Below are positions 52,082 to 64,000 of a stretch of 64,000 nucleotides of DNA, one piece after another. The notes under the pieces were generated by a model. That model did no database searches, was not told the DNA's origin, and saw only the letters and a list, made by a program, of their open reading frames with translations. How positions within the stretch are numbered: the first letter of the stretch is position 1; every line of letters begins with the position of its first letter. The stretch is from assembly GCA_038496445.1 (NCBI GenBank), contig JALMLS010000309.1, positions 310,001 to 374,000 on the forward strand, given 5' to 3'. The DNA comes from Trichosphaerium sp. ATCC 40318 (lineage: Eukaryota; Protista; Tubulinea). The position numbers and the translations under genes were made by a program.

Positions 52082-54426
52082 TTATGCTAAGTTGATTATT
52101 TGGATAATCAAACACATGAACAACGTCATGTATGAGAGAATCACTGTAACTGCTGATGATGTACTTGAGCCTCTGCTTTGACCACGTTGGTAGATATCCA
52201 AAAAGTGCAAGTTAATCGAACTAGTCTTGAACTCAACACGGATTTGGTGGTCACCACCTGTAACGGTTCCTAGGTCAGCTGAAGCTGTTGTATACCTTTG
52301 CCAACCTATATGTGCATGTTTAATAAGTATCTATCAATAGTTCAATCGAAGATATACGTACCACCTGTTGCAGCAAAAGATATTGTAGCACGTGCTGTAG
52401 TTTCGTCATCAACGAAAATATCCATTTCCTTGTTACCATTTTTACCAGCAACACGTGCATCTATTGTGTAACTTGTAGTTCCACTGAAAGTAACATCGTA
52501 GGTTAATGATTCTCCACTTCTAACCCAACCGACATTACATCCACCAGGGTTAGCTGTATCCCTTGCGAGTTCCATATCGACGAGATTTCCATCTTGAGCG
52601 GATTGTGAGTTTCCACATGTTTGACCACCTAGTGGGACTGAATTAGTACATTCTCCGTGTATAATAACTTGGTCTAGGTTAACGAAAGATGTGTACCGTC
52701 ATTTCCTGGTGAAAGATCGACTCTACCAACAAAGGACTCTGCAGGGATAACGCCCGGTCCAGTGATAGGCGCGTCAGTTGGAGGTTCGGTTGTTACAGCG
52801 TCAGTTGGAGGTTCAGTTGTTACAGCGTCAGTTGGAGGTTCGGTTGTTACAGCATCAGTTGGAGGTTCAGTTGTTACAGCGTCAGTTGGAGGCTCAGGTG
52901 TTACTCCGGTAGTTGGATAATAATCTTTGTTCGCTGGTTCACTTCCATCACACGCAGTCAAGTCAAAGCTGACTTCTGGTAGTTGTTGACCAACACCAGA
53001 TCCATCAACACATTCGACAAGAGCATTCTGAGGTAAAGCATCGCGAGTCAATCCAGTACAAATGATGCTGTTACCAGTAACATCAGTAACGCGAAGTTCA
53101 AAGTCGTCATTAGTTGAACCACGTGTAATTCCACCATATCTGTACGAAAAAGTTAATTACCGGGAGAGAGGTATTTTCCTCGTACGATCTTTGCCATTCG
53201 ATGCAATTAGCACAGCCGTAATTTTCCCAATGCCAACGATTTGTCCAATCTCTTACGAGAGGTACCCACTCTTGATCACCACCTAGCAAAAAGATTAAGT
53301 GGTGATAGGCTTTCGAATAATTTTGTAGATGTCTTTACCTGCACCACCACGTGTTTCTACTGATCTGATCTCGGTACGATGGTTTATTATTGTAAAATAC
53401 ATTGCAACAGCACCATAATTTCCAGCGCTCTTAATGTATACTGAGCCTTCCTACCATACAATAAACATTACCACGTGCGAAAGAAAAAGTTGAAAAAAAA
53501 CTCTGACTTACAACTGGACAAGGGACACGTTTGTATTGAATATCTTTATGAACACCACCAGTTGTTCGTACGTCACTTCTGTGATCATTATCAAGATGAA
53601 AGTTCAAGCCTTCACCGTTCTTTTACAAAAATAGTGAGTCTAATGAGTATGTACAGTGCGTGAGTTTACCTGACCGACAGCGTTAACATCTGCGATTTCG
53701 TTTACAATCCAAACAGCAGAACCTTTACAACTTGGTCAAACTTTGTTCAAACAACAAAATTAACAGCCGAAAAAAAAAATACCTGATGGTCCGTTTACTA
53801 AAAAGCATACACCGCAAGCTGCTCCGCACATGTCACCTTCCAATGCACCGGTTCTTGAGACGTCAACGTGCTAGCGAAATAAGTTTTTTTTAAGGGGAAA
53901 AGTGGTAAAAAAAGTCAAGAATAAATAGACTTGTGCGTACGCTACAATCGTCACTAAACGCGTCTGAAACAAGTTTGCCCTAAAAGACAAAATTTAATCC
54001 CACGTGATTTATTTTTGCCAAATAAATTTTTTGCCAACTAGCGCTAGCGCGTGCTTTTTTTCGAAAAACATACATTGTAAAGATCTTGAGATGCAGCCAG
54101 AAGGTATTTATCTTTGTAAAGTTGAGGCATAACATCCACAGCGCTATTTAAATTACACGTTCTGCCTTCAGAATTCGACTGTACAGCCTCTGCTATGAGT
54201 GGATTCGCGTTATCACCTGTATAAGGCGGGCGAGCAGTTTCCATCCCTGGTATAGGCGCAACAGTACATACACCCAATGCTGTACATAATGTAAGGATTC
54301 GAAGATAGAGAAGAAAGGAAAGTTGTTGTCAAAATGTGTGCCTAAAGGTTTCCAGTTCGATGGAAGCGCAGTATTGGCTGTTACATACGCGCACAATAAT
54401 GCGAGGGATAGCAAGAAAAGACGCAT
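52082..54426 (-). CDS. Expansin-like protein + Pro/Thr linker + CBM6, putative GPI anchor
   Basis: Signal peptide; GAACGVCFLVNGPSGS, IQYKRVPCPV, NHRTEIRSVE, FELRVTDVTG; CBM6 GGCNVGW..GESLTYDV..ARVA..GWQ.Y; hydrophobic C-terminal tail. Confidence 0.8.
52771..52905. repeat. 27-bp coding tandem repeat, ~5 copies (TEPPTDAVT)
   Basis: GCGTCAGTTGGAGGTTC(G/A)GTTGTTACA units. Confidence 0.95.
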
Positions 54427-56229
54427 TTGTTGTGCTATTCGTGACAAAATGAGACGTTTTGAAAATCCACAAAAAAGTTTTTCGGACTTTTCTCAACAAT
54501 TATTTCACCGGCAAAAATATTCGTCCTAAACTACCTCGCTGTATTGATTCTTAGACGTTTGATTTAAACAATGTATATATAAATAAATGACCGGCGCGGT
54601 TTTCATTTCACGAAACAATAGCAGGATATGTGATTCAAGGCACTCACTGCTTGATGGAACTCAATCAGTAATACTCTTTCCGGCACTCTCCTTCTTGTGG
54701 TTTCCCTCAGTTTCCCACAATCACACAAATTGTTCAAACAATGACAGCTCTTTACAGGATCTGCCAATCCTAAAGATAGCAACACACGTTATGTCACCAA
54801 TAGCAACAACTTCCAGAACTGAATGTGTTGTTGTATCACAAACTGCAGTTTTTTTTCTTTTTAACTTTCAGTTTTGTACACCTCTACCTTTTGAAGCTGA
54901 TCCTACCAAGGTGTACGTCGTGTAACACTCTTTTTATAGCAAATTAGCTGAGCTTATAACAGTCCACAAGAGCCACAAAAACAACAAGTTTCGCTGGATT
55001 TGTGTTCCGCGGAAAAAAGGGATTGTGAAAAGGTGTCGCTTGAATAAAATAGATTTTGCTGAGCATCTCACGCCAGCCATAAATACGTCACTTCCACGCA
55101 TTATTTATTGTTGTTGTGAAACGATTTACACTTTCCTCCGTTAGTTGTACAAAAAGTTCATTTTTTTTCTGTTTACGCTAACACCTTTCAGTGTATTGTC
55201 TTGTTTCTTACTAAGACTGTTTTATTAGACTATTGCTTAGTGAATCCTAGTCAGACTCGTAACTGTTACGAAGCTCAGGCGTTAAACTGAACATGGAAAC
55301 ACGTGGCAGACTGTTAGTATCTAGCAGATGAGCTAGATATATATTCCAGATACCACAATATCAATACGAAACGTACGGTTATCACATGCTTGTAATAGCA
55401 ATCAGCATGAATAACTCCATCACAATATTGCGAGTATTGGTTCAAAGTAAAAAAGAGGTGAATAAAAGCAACACCAAACAGTCAGAAATTCTTTATATCT
55501 ATCGCTGTTGCGGCACACATTAACTGTTATGAGCGTTTCTAGCTTGTTTTGTTACAAATAAAATCCAGCCTTCAGTTGCTTTGCTAGGGACAAGAACAAC
55601 TGGTTGTTATAAGGTATTGTGGGTTTAATGACATGGCTTAGTTTTCGGGAATGGAACTGAACAAAACAAATTATCGTTGGCTGAGTGCAATACATTTGAG
55701 TGTTTAAAATGTTCATCGTAACGTGCTTGTTTTTGAATCTTGCATTTAACCACACGGAACCTGATTGAAAAATCTCGAAACTACTGATTGAAATGATACT
55801 TCTAGTGTATTCATTCCTGGTATCGTTACATTGCGTCTTGAAATAAAACGATACAGTATGGAACCACCATTGAAGAAGGTACAGAACCAAAAAGCAGTTG
55901 CAACAACCTTTTAAATTGAAATTACTAGAAAAACGAGTCCGCTAACTGTACAGCCATTCGCCTTGCCAATACCATTTCCCTTCTCGTTGGAGCTCTTATA
56001 ATGAGTTTAGACTACACCGTCGATAAAGTGTGGCCCAAAACGCGATCTAAACAAAAATGGGAAATGGAAAAGGTGTTCAAAGGAATGTACAACAAATGGT
56101 TTTACAATGGTCAGTTGAAAAAACAGTATTGTTGTAAAAATATAGTCACTTGAGTTTCTATGAGTAGCCTAGAAAAAACCCCATATAATCAAAATTTATA
56201 TCAGTGTCAAGACGTGTTAACAGTATTAA

Positions 56230-56430
56230 GACCTTTTAGTGAACCTATAACTTCATGTGTCATTGTTGTCATTAATACCTATAGTATGTACTCCAGCAAG
56301 TACTTTAATACCTTCATCTGTTACAACAGTGTGATCAAGGTTAATGGCATAAACACCTTTGAGAGCTTTGATACCTTTGTCTGTAACTGAAGTGTTTCTA
56401 AGGTGAATATGAACGCCTGCCAATGATCTG
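56230..56430 (-). pseudogene. Decayed LRR gene fragment
   Basis: SLAGVHIHLRNTSVTDKGIKALKGVYAINLDHTVVTDEGIKVLAGVHTI in a frame not listed in the ORF track; flanks disrupted. Confidence 0.65.
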
Positions 56431-56803
56431 TGAGCTCTTTAAGATCTAAATCGTTGATGACACTAAAGTGTCTTTCTAGGAAATGTGTAGTGTCAAGATT
56501 ACGACATCCTGATAACAAAGAAAACAATGTGTTGTTTTCTACTTTCACAACAACCATAGTATTGTTCATGATGCACTTGTACTGTCTTATCTTCAAAATG
56601 CTCGAAATATCATAGATATAAACCTTTTCATATCAGCCATCAAATGACATGAGCAACAATAAATCTTGTATTTGAGTCAGTGTGATGAAGAATATGAAAT
56701 AACCTGAGGAAATTGAGAATATTCACTACTTTGTGTGAGATCTCAGATCTTAAATTTACGTGGTTAGTAACCCTTCAAACAGATTACTATTGTAACGTAC
56801 ATT

Positions 56804-57097
56804 TAGAGTTGGTTGTGTTCCGATCCCGGCTAAGCCGGCTACAAAAATCTGTAGCCGGTTAACCGACAGCTAAGATAATTAGCAACAAAATTAGTATTAG
56901 TTAACCGTTTTAAAATGTGCGATTTTGTTGGTGTTGTACCCTAGCACCACATATTTTTTTTTAGTTCTACATGCTCTCCATGGCTTTGAAATTCGGTTGT
57001 GTTTGATACATAGATCCACAGCCTAGTATAAAGCAAAAACATGCAAAAAATGGTTGAGTTTTCCCTTATTTTTCTTAGCCGGGATAGCCCACCTCTA
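56804..57097. mobile_element. hAT-type MITE, copy 2
   Basis: Ends TAGAGTTGG..CCACCTCTA; perfect 8-bp TSD CGTACATT; internal homology to copy 1. Confidence 0.88.
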
Positions 57098-57799
57098 CGT
57101 ACATTTGTTTACCGGCGATGAAAATGCCCCGTTTTTATCGGGTGAAAAGAGAAGTTTATTGACTGACAAACTCTTCGATTTTCTACAAGTTGCACCTTGT
57201 ATCTCCTTCGCTTGTACCTATCAATAAACTCCGTCATTCCAAAGACCCACCACCGCCGCTTCGCTCCCCATCTCCTTTCTTGTGTGACGGGGGGGTTATC
57301 GGATTGGCTGGCAATTTGGTTTGTACCATATTTTAGGCCAAATCCTTGTCAACTGCTTCATGTCCTCTAACTACCTCTCACACGTCTGTCTAAGAAACGA
57401 TAGGATTTTCCCTTTTGTCACATATGTATCTTCTCACCGAGTTCGTTTTAGCATTTTGTGGTCTGTGGCGTGTATTTGGTCCTGTTTGCTTGGTCGAGTT
57501 TCAGTACAAGGCTTTTATTTGCATTGAGTAAGATACTATCAAGTTGGTTTGTGAATGTTTCACGTTGTTCTGCTATGATTTTACTGAAAGCTTCTTTGTG
57601 GTTCTTGCAATAGTACGAGATAACTTGTTCAACTGAAACATCAATGAAATTCATCTTGTGTACACTTGGTGCTGAATTGAAACCGGACTTATGCATACAG
57701 GAAGCTAGGTTAAGGATGGTCAGCGACGTACGTAGAATCTATTTATACAAATGTGCTTGTATTTGCCTTTACAGTTTCATCATTTGCTATTGCTTCTGG

Positions 57800-58060
57800 G
57801 AACAGACATAGTATGCACGCCTGAAATGGCCTTTAACCCAGCTTCTGTTATTTGTTCACAACGTCGTAACTGGTTTGTATGTACACCTGCCAATGCCTTT
57901 AAGCCTTATCTATTACATCTGTCTGATAGATCAAGCTTGTGCACCTGCCAATGCCTCAATACCCTAATCTGTTACTTTGATCTACGACCAGACAAGGTGA
58001 TGGCATGTGCGCCTGTCAATGACTTGATCCCTTATCTGTTATGTTTGTTGTTCCATTTGC
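57800..58060 (-). pseudogene. Decayed LRR gene fragment
   Basis: ITDKG/IKSLTGAHAITL../GLKALAGVHTNQLRRCEQITEAGLKAISGVHT with frameshifts and in-frame stops. Confidence 0.65.
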
Positions 58061-58945
58061 TATGATGACGCCTAAACAGGTTCAATATGTTAGTTTACTA
58101 TAGGAACATGTCAAATTAAACGTATACTTTGTACCTGATTTGATGCGAGCTTTGTTTATTACGAGTGAAAGAAATGGTTGGACTAGCGTAACACAACATA
58201 ATGTTTTCTCGTTTTAGTAACAATGCACATCTCCGCCAAACCAAAACTGATCCAGCAAACCCCATCTTACTGAATTGCCCTCCATTGCCACTATATCTCC
58301 ATCACCTGTAGTATACTATTGGAATTTAGATAGTCTGGTTTTGGCTCTTATGGGTATTTCCATTTTAGGCATTTCTGTCAGACTTCGGTTCTGTGCTACG
58401 CTAGTTTTGTTGGTATCTATCATCTTAGGGCTTCACGCAACATAAGTACTCTACTTGATTGCTTGTTTCATATGTGTGCTATGGTTTCATCACGTTACTC
58501 CATGTTAGATCCTAGCATCATCGTTGGTTCTACAGCAGCAACTTTTTGAACAAATACTGATTTTTCCTGATTTAGTAGCTATTTTCGAGAAATCAAAAAT
58601 TGGATCGGTAGCAACAATTAGATCAATAATTCACTGCACGTGTAAATGACAAACTGTTTCAACTAGCTTTATTACAGTTTGATGCAATGGATTAAAGTAG
58701 CTCCAATGTACCATTGCTGACTGCCAACGAAAAACAAGCTTCATACTGGGCATCAATAGAGTTAATTGCGTATCAGACGCTTGTAAGAAGTATGTTGTAG
58801 TATCGTAGTTGCGTCTAAGCCTGATAATCATTAAAACTAACCGGGCAAATATTACTCCCTTGATGAATATCGCGCTATTTTCTGCATTCCATTTAAGTTA
58901 CGCTACTTAATATTGTTTTATTCATTACATTTGAGGTCGTACAAG

Positions 58946-60215
58946 ATGGGCAACATGGCAACGGCAGTTTACGAATTAGCTACAAGGGATAATACACCAG
59001 AGAACTTTGTTCCTTCTGGTTTCACTTGGAAATCAACAGCGAAAGAGGTAGCAGATCATTATAAAGCTGATTTAGATGGCAAGGTTGCTGTAATAACAGG
59101 TACAGTACTTTTTAGGCCGTTAATCGCATATTGTTAAAAGAACACTTGCCAAATTTGTCTGATTCAGTAATAAGGCGCAAACGCCGGTATTGGCTATGAA
59201 ACAGCAAGGACGTTTGCAGAGCATGGCGCCAAGACATATCTCGCATGTAGAAGCGAGCAAAGATGTCAAAAAGCTATTGATGATCTCGTTGCTGATGGTA
59301 TCGATAAGGAGCTCCTCAAATACCTCAAGGCATTATAATCATACAACGCGTTGGAATACTAATCTGTATATTCTCTCAGTTAGATTTGGCGTCATTAGAG
59401 TCTGTCAGTGGTGCAGTAAAATCACTTAAAACACTTGAAGAAAAAATAGACTATTTGGTTCTCAATGCAGGTATGATATCTTACTGTGTGACTTGAGTAA
59501 CTTACCAATTCTGTGTTCTCTAGGTATAATGGCATGTCCAGAAGGTAGTACTAAAGACGGATTTGAGATGCAAATTGGTGTAAACCACATTGGTCATTAT
59601 GCTTTAGCAACAAGACTTCTTGACCTTGTCAAGGCTTCTTCTGGTCGCATTATTTCGCTATCTTCAGATGGACATACTACAACAACAGATGCTCTACAAT
59701 TAGATGACTTGCACTGGAAAACACGTGGTTATAATAAGTGGCAGGCATACAATGCATCAAAGATGGCAAATGTTCTATTTGCTAAAGAGTTTCAGCGTCA
59801 TTTAGATAACGAAGGCTCAGATGTTACAGTATACAGTGTTCATCCTGGAGTTGTTAAAACAGAGTTACTAAGGCACAACGGATGGGTAACATCAGTTATA
59901 GATATTGTCATGTCAAGGAAATCACCTCAACAAGTGCGTTATTGGTTTTTAATAACACGTGATTTCACCTTTTTGTTTGTTAACTTTTTTGCTAAAGGGC
60001 GCTGCTACTAGTATGTATTGTGCTTTGAGCCCAGACGCAAAACCAGGTCACTACTATAGCGACTCTAATGTACGCTAAAATATGTATGTGTTAATGAGTG
60101 GTATCTCATTTTTTGTTTAAAGGAATGCAAGAACCATAAAAGAGCTGACGAGCTTGACTTGGCAAAGGATTTATGGGATTTGACAGAAGATTCAGTAAAA
60201 GAAAAAATGAGCTAG
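58946..60215 (+). CDS. Short-chain dehydrogenase/reductase (RDH11-14/WWOX-like)
   Basis: VITGANAGIG, LNAGIM, DGFEMQIGVNHIGH, YNASK catalytic motif, VHPGVVKTEL. Confidence 0.93.
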
Positions 60216-61198
60216 GAACGACAATAACTACGTAGTGACATTGTAGCTGTAATCAAGAGTAGGACAATAAATTTATGAGACCGAAATCCAACATTACCTT
60301 CAATTCAACACTATGTTTCAGTATCGTATTGGGTGTTATTGCTGGAGGGTAATAGGGATAAGGACATCAAAATTTAGTGGAAACTAGCTATAAAATCGAA
60401 ATCCTTCTGTTGTGTCTTCTGTAACGTAAGATCTTCCGGAATTACCTTTATGGCTTTGGCCTGTAGGAAACACAATTCCACGTCTAACCAAAGAACTAAA
60501 TGTTTAGCTACAGCTGTTTCCTAAGATGAGTTTCGTACATGTCGCGGAGTGAGCTCTCGGTATTTGCTGGCACGGACAATCACTGCTGCTAAGCATCTTT
60601 GTCCTCACAAAAACATTTTTGAAAATACGCGTCCTGCAGCTTTTTTCGTCGCCGAACTACAAAATCACGTGACAAGAAAAAACAGCGGTTGTCGGCCAAC
60701 AATTTTATGTTTGTGTTCTGACGTGGCACAAATCCTGCGTTTGTAGCACTATACGTATAAACAACGATCTGGTAAGTTAAAACAGGAGAGCATTAAACTA
60801 ATCCGAAATACTGCGCGTCCTTTTTGTTTGTACTGAACGAACAGGCTTTTGTATTAATTTTACGAGCGAATGTGTAAGCGTTCAACTTTGTTGTTGTAAA
60901 AACATTCCCTTCGTTATCAAATACTGCACATCTGCGGGTGTAACAAGAAAGTATATGTGATCTATTATAAGTACAAGCTTGTAACATATTTTGTGGCTAA
61001 AGGCAAAAACGTGCAGAACTTTCTGTTACAACTTTAGCTCCCTTACTAAACTGAACTTTGTCTTTGCAGAATAGCACCTGATAGGCCACCTTTAATGTAA
61101 AATATCGCTGTATTTTAGAACACATGCATTTACTTAACTTCCCTTTCCAAATCATTTTTGAGTGTTCACAATATAATCAACAACATAAGAAAACCAAA

Positions 61199-64000
61199 AT
61201 GTCGAGCGTTAACGCCGTACTATTATTAGTACTGGCTTGTGTTTGTTTAGCTTTGGTTTCTGCTGATTCTCCGTACCCTTACTGGAAGGAACCTTTCGAC
61301 CTAACCGTAACGAAACTGGATACACCTAATGGCCATAAAATCCTTTACGACAGTAGTGTATACCGCTGGAAAACAGCAATTCAGTACGAAGTTTGTTTTG
61401 TTTTTCTTACTTTTTTTGTTGAGCATTTTTATTTAACTTCGAAATTGGACACTCAAAAACGCTTTCTACGCTACATTAGAGGTTTTCCAGCGTATACCCA
61501 AATCATGTGTTCTTGGTTTAACGTTAACTCTGGCTTACTCTTTCGTTTCTAGTATCGCAAACAATGGTGTTGTTCAACCAACGTTTTTCCGTGTTAAAAG
61601 TAACAACGAAGCTGTTTTGTTTTGGGGTAGTGGAGAGTTTCCTTGCTGTAAAGGTAGTAGAACGGATAACGAGCGCTTTTTACATGTTACATGGCTCAAA
61701 TATGATAACGGCGAATGGTCTATTACGGTACCCTTATAAACATCCCAAACTGTTATCTTTACAACCTTTTCGAAGCATTTTTTTTGGTAACAAGTTCTGA
61801 AAATAATTTCAAAAAAGATCACGTGACAATTTTACTTTGTTTGTTTTTTTTTGGTTAAATAAAACTTTATGATGTTAAGCTACTTTGTGTGTACTTAATT
61901 TCTTTTAGAAAGATGTCATTGTCGATGAGAAATATCCAAGGCGACCATGTGGGTTTTACTTACACGATGATGGATCAATGGCTTTGATGTACACAAAATT
62001 TGAAGACGAGTCCGCCGATCCGGATCAAAAGTTTAAACACATGATGTTCCAAAAGCTCGATCCTGAAGGCAACCAAATCATGAGAGCCATTATCGACGAC
62101 AGAATAGTTGGTTGGAACTGGTATGGCAAACCTCTTCATCTCAAACCGTTTACTGCTCATTTATATAAAGTGTTTTTTGTTCCGAATTTTTGATTGCTTG
62201 TGAAAGGTCAAGTCTAACATGTGTTTTGTAGGCTTGCTGGTGAAGCGCGCCTTTCTTACTCACCAAACTTTCACGGAAGAGGACCTACATACTTAGCGTT
62301 TACTCCTGTTGGTGGAAGAATTCCTGGTTGTACGTTTCTTTTATGTCTTATTGTGTTGTTTTGTTTGAATAGAAACTGACTCTCTTTCGCAAATAGGTGC
62401 CCTCAGTGGAACCATAGGTCATAGTGGGGGTAGTTGGCGTTACTTTTCTGCTATCGATGGACCTCCTGTACCGTATAATCCTAATAGGAAAATAAATTAC
62501 AATCATGGAGTACCAAATGATCCAGTGCCACCTGTGTATGGTAAATGTTGGGGTACGCCATTTGTGATATATCCTACTTTTTGTAGTAATACCTCCTAAT
62601 TTTAGGCGGAAACGGTCATGCTGTTGATATGAGAATAGCCACTGATCCAACCTCTGGCAACATGCTTCCAAGTACACTCAAAACATACTTCTGTTTCGAG
62701 GTTGTTGACTGTTTTTTTTCTAGTCCATCTTGGTGATGCGGGTACAATGGCTATCATAGATCCTGGTCGCACCGGATATCCAGCTAGTAATGAACCATTA
62801 TACCGTTTCAAAGGCTCCAACGTATTGATAGAAGCCAGACTTGGTATGTAACTTCATACTTTAGATACAGAAAAAAGTGCTTTTTTTAACATCTTGTTAA
62901 GGTGATGCTATCTTGAACCATGATGGAGATGCTTTCCTAGTTACTTTCTGTGCGCCAAGATACGACAATTATGGCAAAAATAAAACATGGTCAGATGGAA
63001 TGGATATTGGTATGATAAAGGTAAGTACCCTGCTCATCTTCGTTGGTTTTTTTTGTAACCTCACTTTTTTTAGCTGGATGTTGATGGCAATGTATTGGAC
63101 CGTGTTTGGATTACAGACTACCCTAAATTATGGCCTCGTGGTGGTCGTATTGTAAAATATAAGAGAGGAAACTATCTATTGTTCTGGTTCACAACACGTA
63201 CACAAGCAATAACATCCGGACCAAAGAAATATTACGTAGCAGAAATCAACGAAGGTAAGCTCTTACTCCGTTTTACAAATGATAACAAACTAACTGTAAC
63301 TGTTAAGCTGGTACATTCCAACGTGGTCCTCAAGATATTACACGTACAGCATATTTCTCTTTAAGCAATGGTATGCACGCAAAAAAATAGGTTTTTTTCT
63401 CATTAGACCCACGTGTTATGTCTCTAACGTTAACGAACCTATCTAGATGTATTCCAACAAATGCCAAATGGTGATTTAGCATGGGTACTTTCGTCCTTAT
63501 TTTTGAGATGGGGTGGATTTTAATGGGTTTTTTTAGGTACATGTATGGGATGACAGTAGGTGGTTAGGGGCTAGTAGTGAATATGCAAAGCCATATCACT
63601 ATCCTGCACCTATGCCATTTTTTCAAATTGTTCAACTCACCGACGCAGAAATACCTCTTCCTGGTGCAGTAAAACCAGCTGATCCTGTATGTCGTCTTTT
63701 TCTTCGTTATACCTTCAAAGTACCTTTTGCTTATTTTCTGGATTTAGGCTCCATGTAATTACTACACTCAAGAAGGTAAAACTATCGTTATTGAAACTGA
63801 AATCAAAGACGGAAATATAACTGGTATCAGTCCAGTCACTGGTAACCAAATTCAATGGAATGTCAAAATTAAGGCAGAACCAAGTACGTTTTGTTTTTTT
63901 CTCTTCTATCTTTGTTGAACTGTGCACCTGCATCTACCTTTAATAATAATAACTCTGACATGTTTAAAAGGTAACAGAAAAGAAGTCTATGTTTCCAATA
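61199..64000 (+). CDS. Large secreted protein of unknown function (3'-partial)
   Basis: Signal peptide MSSVNAVLLLVLACVCLALVSA; more than 10 GT-AG-linked exons rich in G/W/Y/P; runs off the window. Confidence 0.7.

Noticed and set aside
1-64000. Alternative genetic code or stop-codon readthrough
   Set aside because: Conserved genes splice cleanly under the standard code, and TAA, TAG and TGA all end genes
1-64000. tRNA, rRNA or snRNA genes
   Set aside because: No convincing cloverleaf, box A/B or snRNA signature seen by eye; a tRNAscan/Infernal run would be needed to exclude them

Overview
This is a gene-dense, intron-rich eukaryotic (protist, plausibly amoebozoan) nuclear region using the standard genetic code. 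Introns are mostly ~40-100 nt with frequent GTAC donors and a few apparent GC-AG cases, so the ORF track shows only exon fragments. All gene models below were spliced by hand. Recognisable genes: a CD164-like PSI/mucin membrane protein, LAG1-type ceramide synthase, SH3-RhoGAP, MAP65/PRC1, PRPS, HP1-like, a short Borealin/Nbl1-like gene missed by the ORF track, a SAM-PH-ankyrin protein, DAD1, a P-loop GTPase-Hsp20 fusion, a membrane-anchored spermidine-synthase-like enzyme, a CBS protein, SART1/Snu66, a SAP-like/hemerythrin protein, an S8 subtilase, a Clu-domain protein, RPN9, a truncated eL19 paralogue, a macrodomain protein, an EGF-like secreted protein, a GPI-anchored expansin-CBM6 fusion, an SDR and a partial secreted protein. 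Accessory DNA includes two copies of a hAT-type MITE with 8-bp target-site duplications (TSDs), a small insertion with an 18-bp TSD, decayed LRR genes and an intronless orphan ORF followed by a poly(A)-like tract. The most interesting leads are the N-domain-only eL19 paralogue, the anchored aminopropyltransferase with an altered acceptor loop, the GTPase-Hsp20 and expansin-CBM6 fusions, intronic CACGTG enrichment and a 700-bp CpG-free HP1 gene body. No database searches were run; family calls rest on motif recognition.
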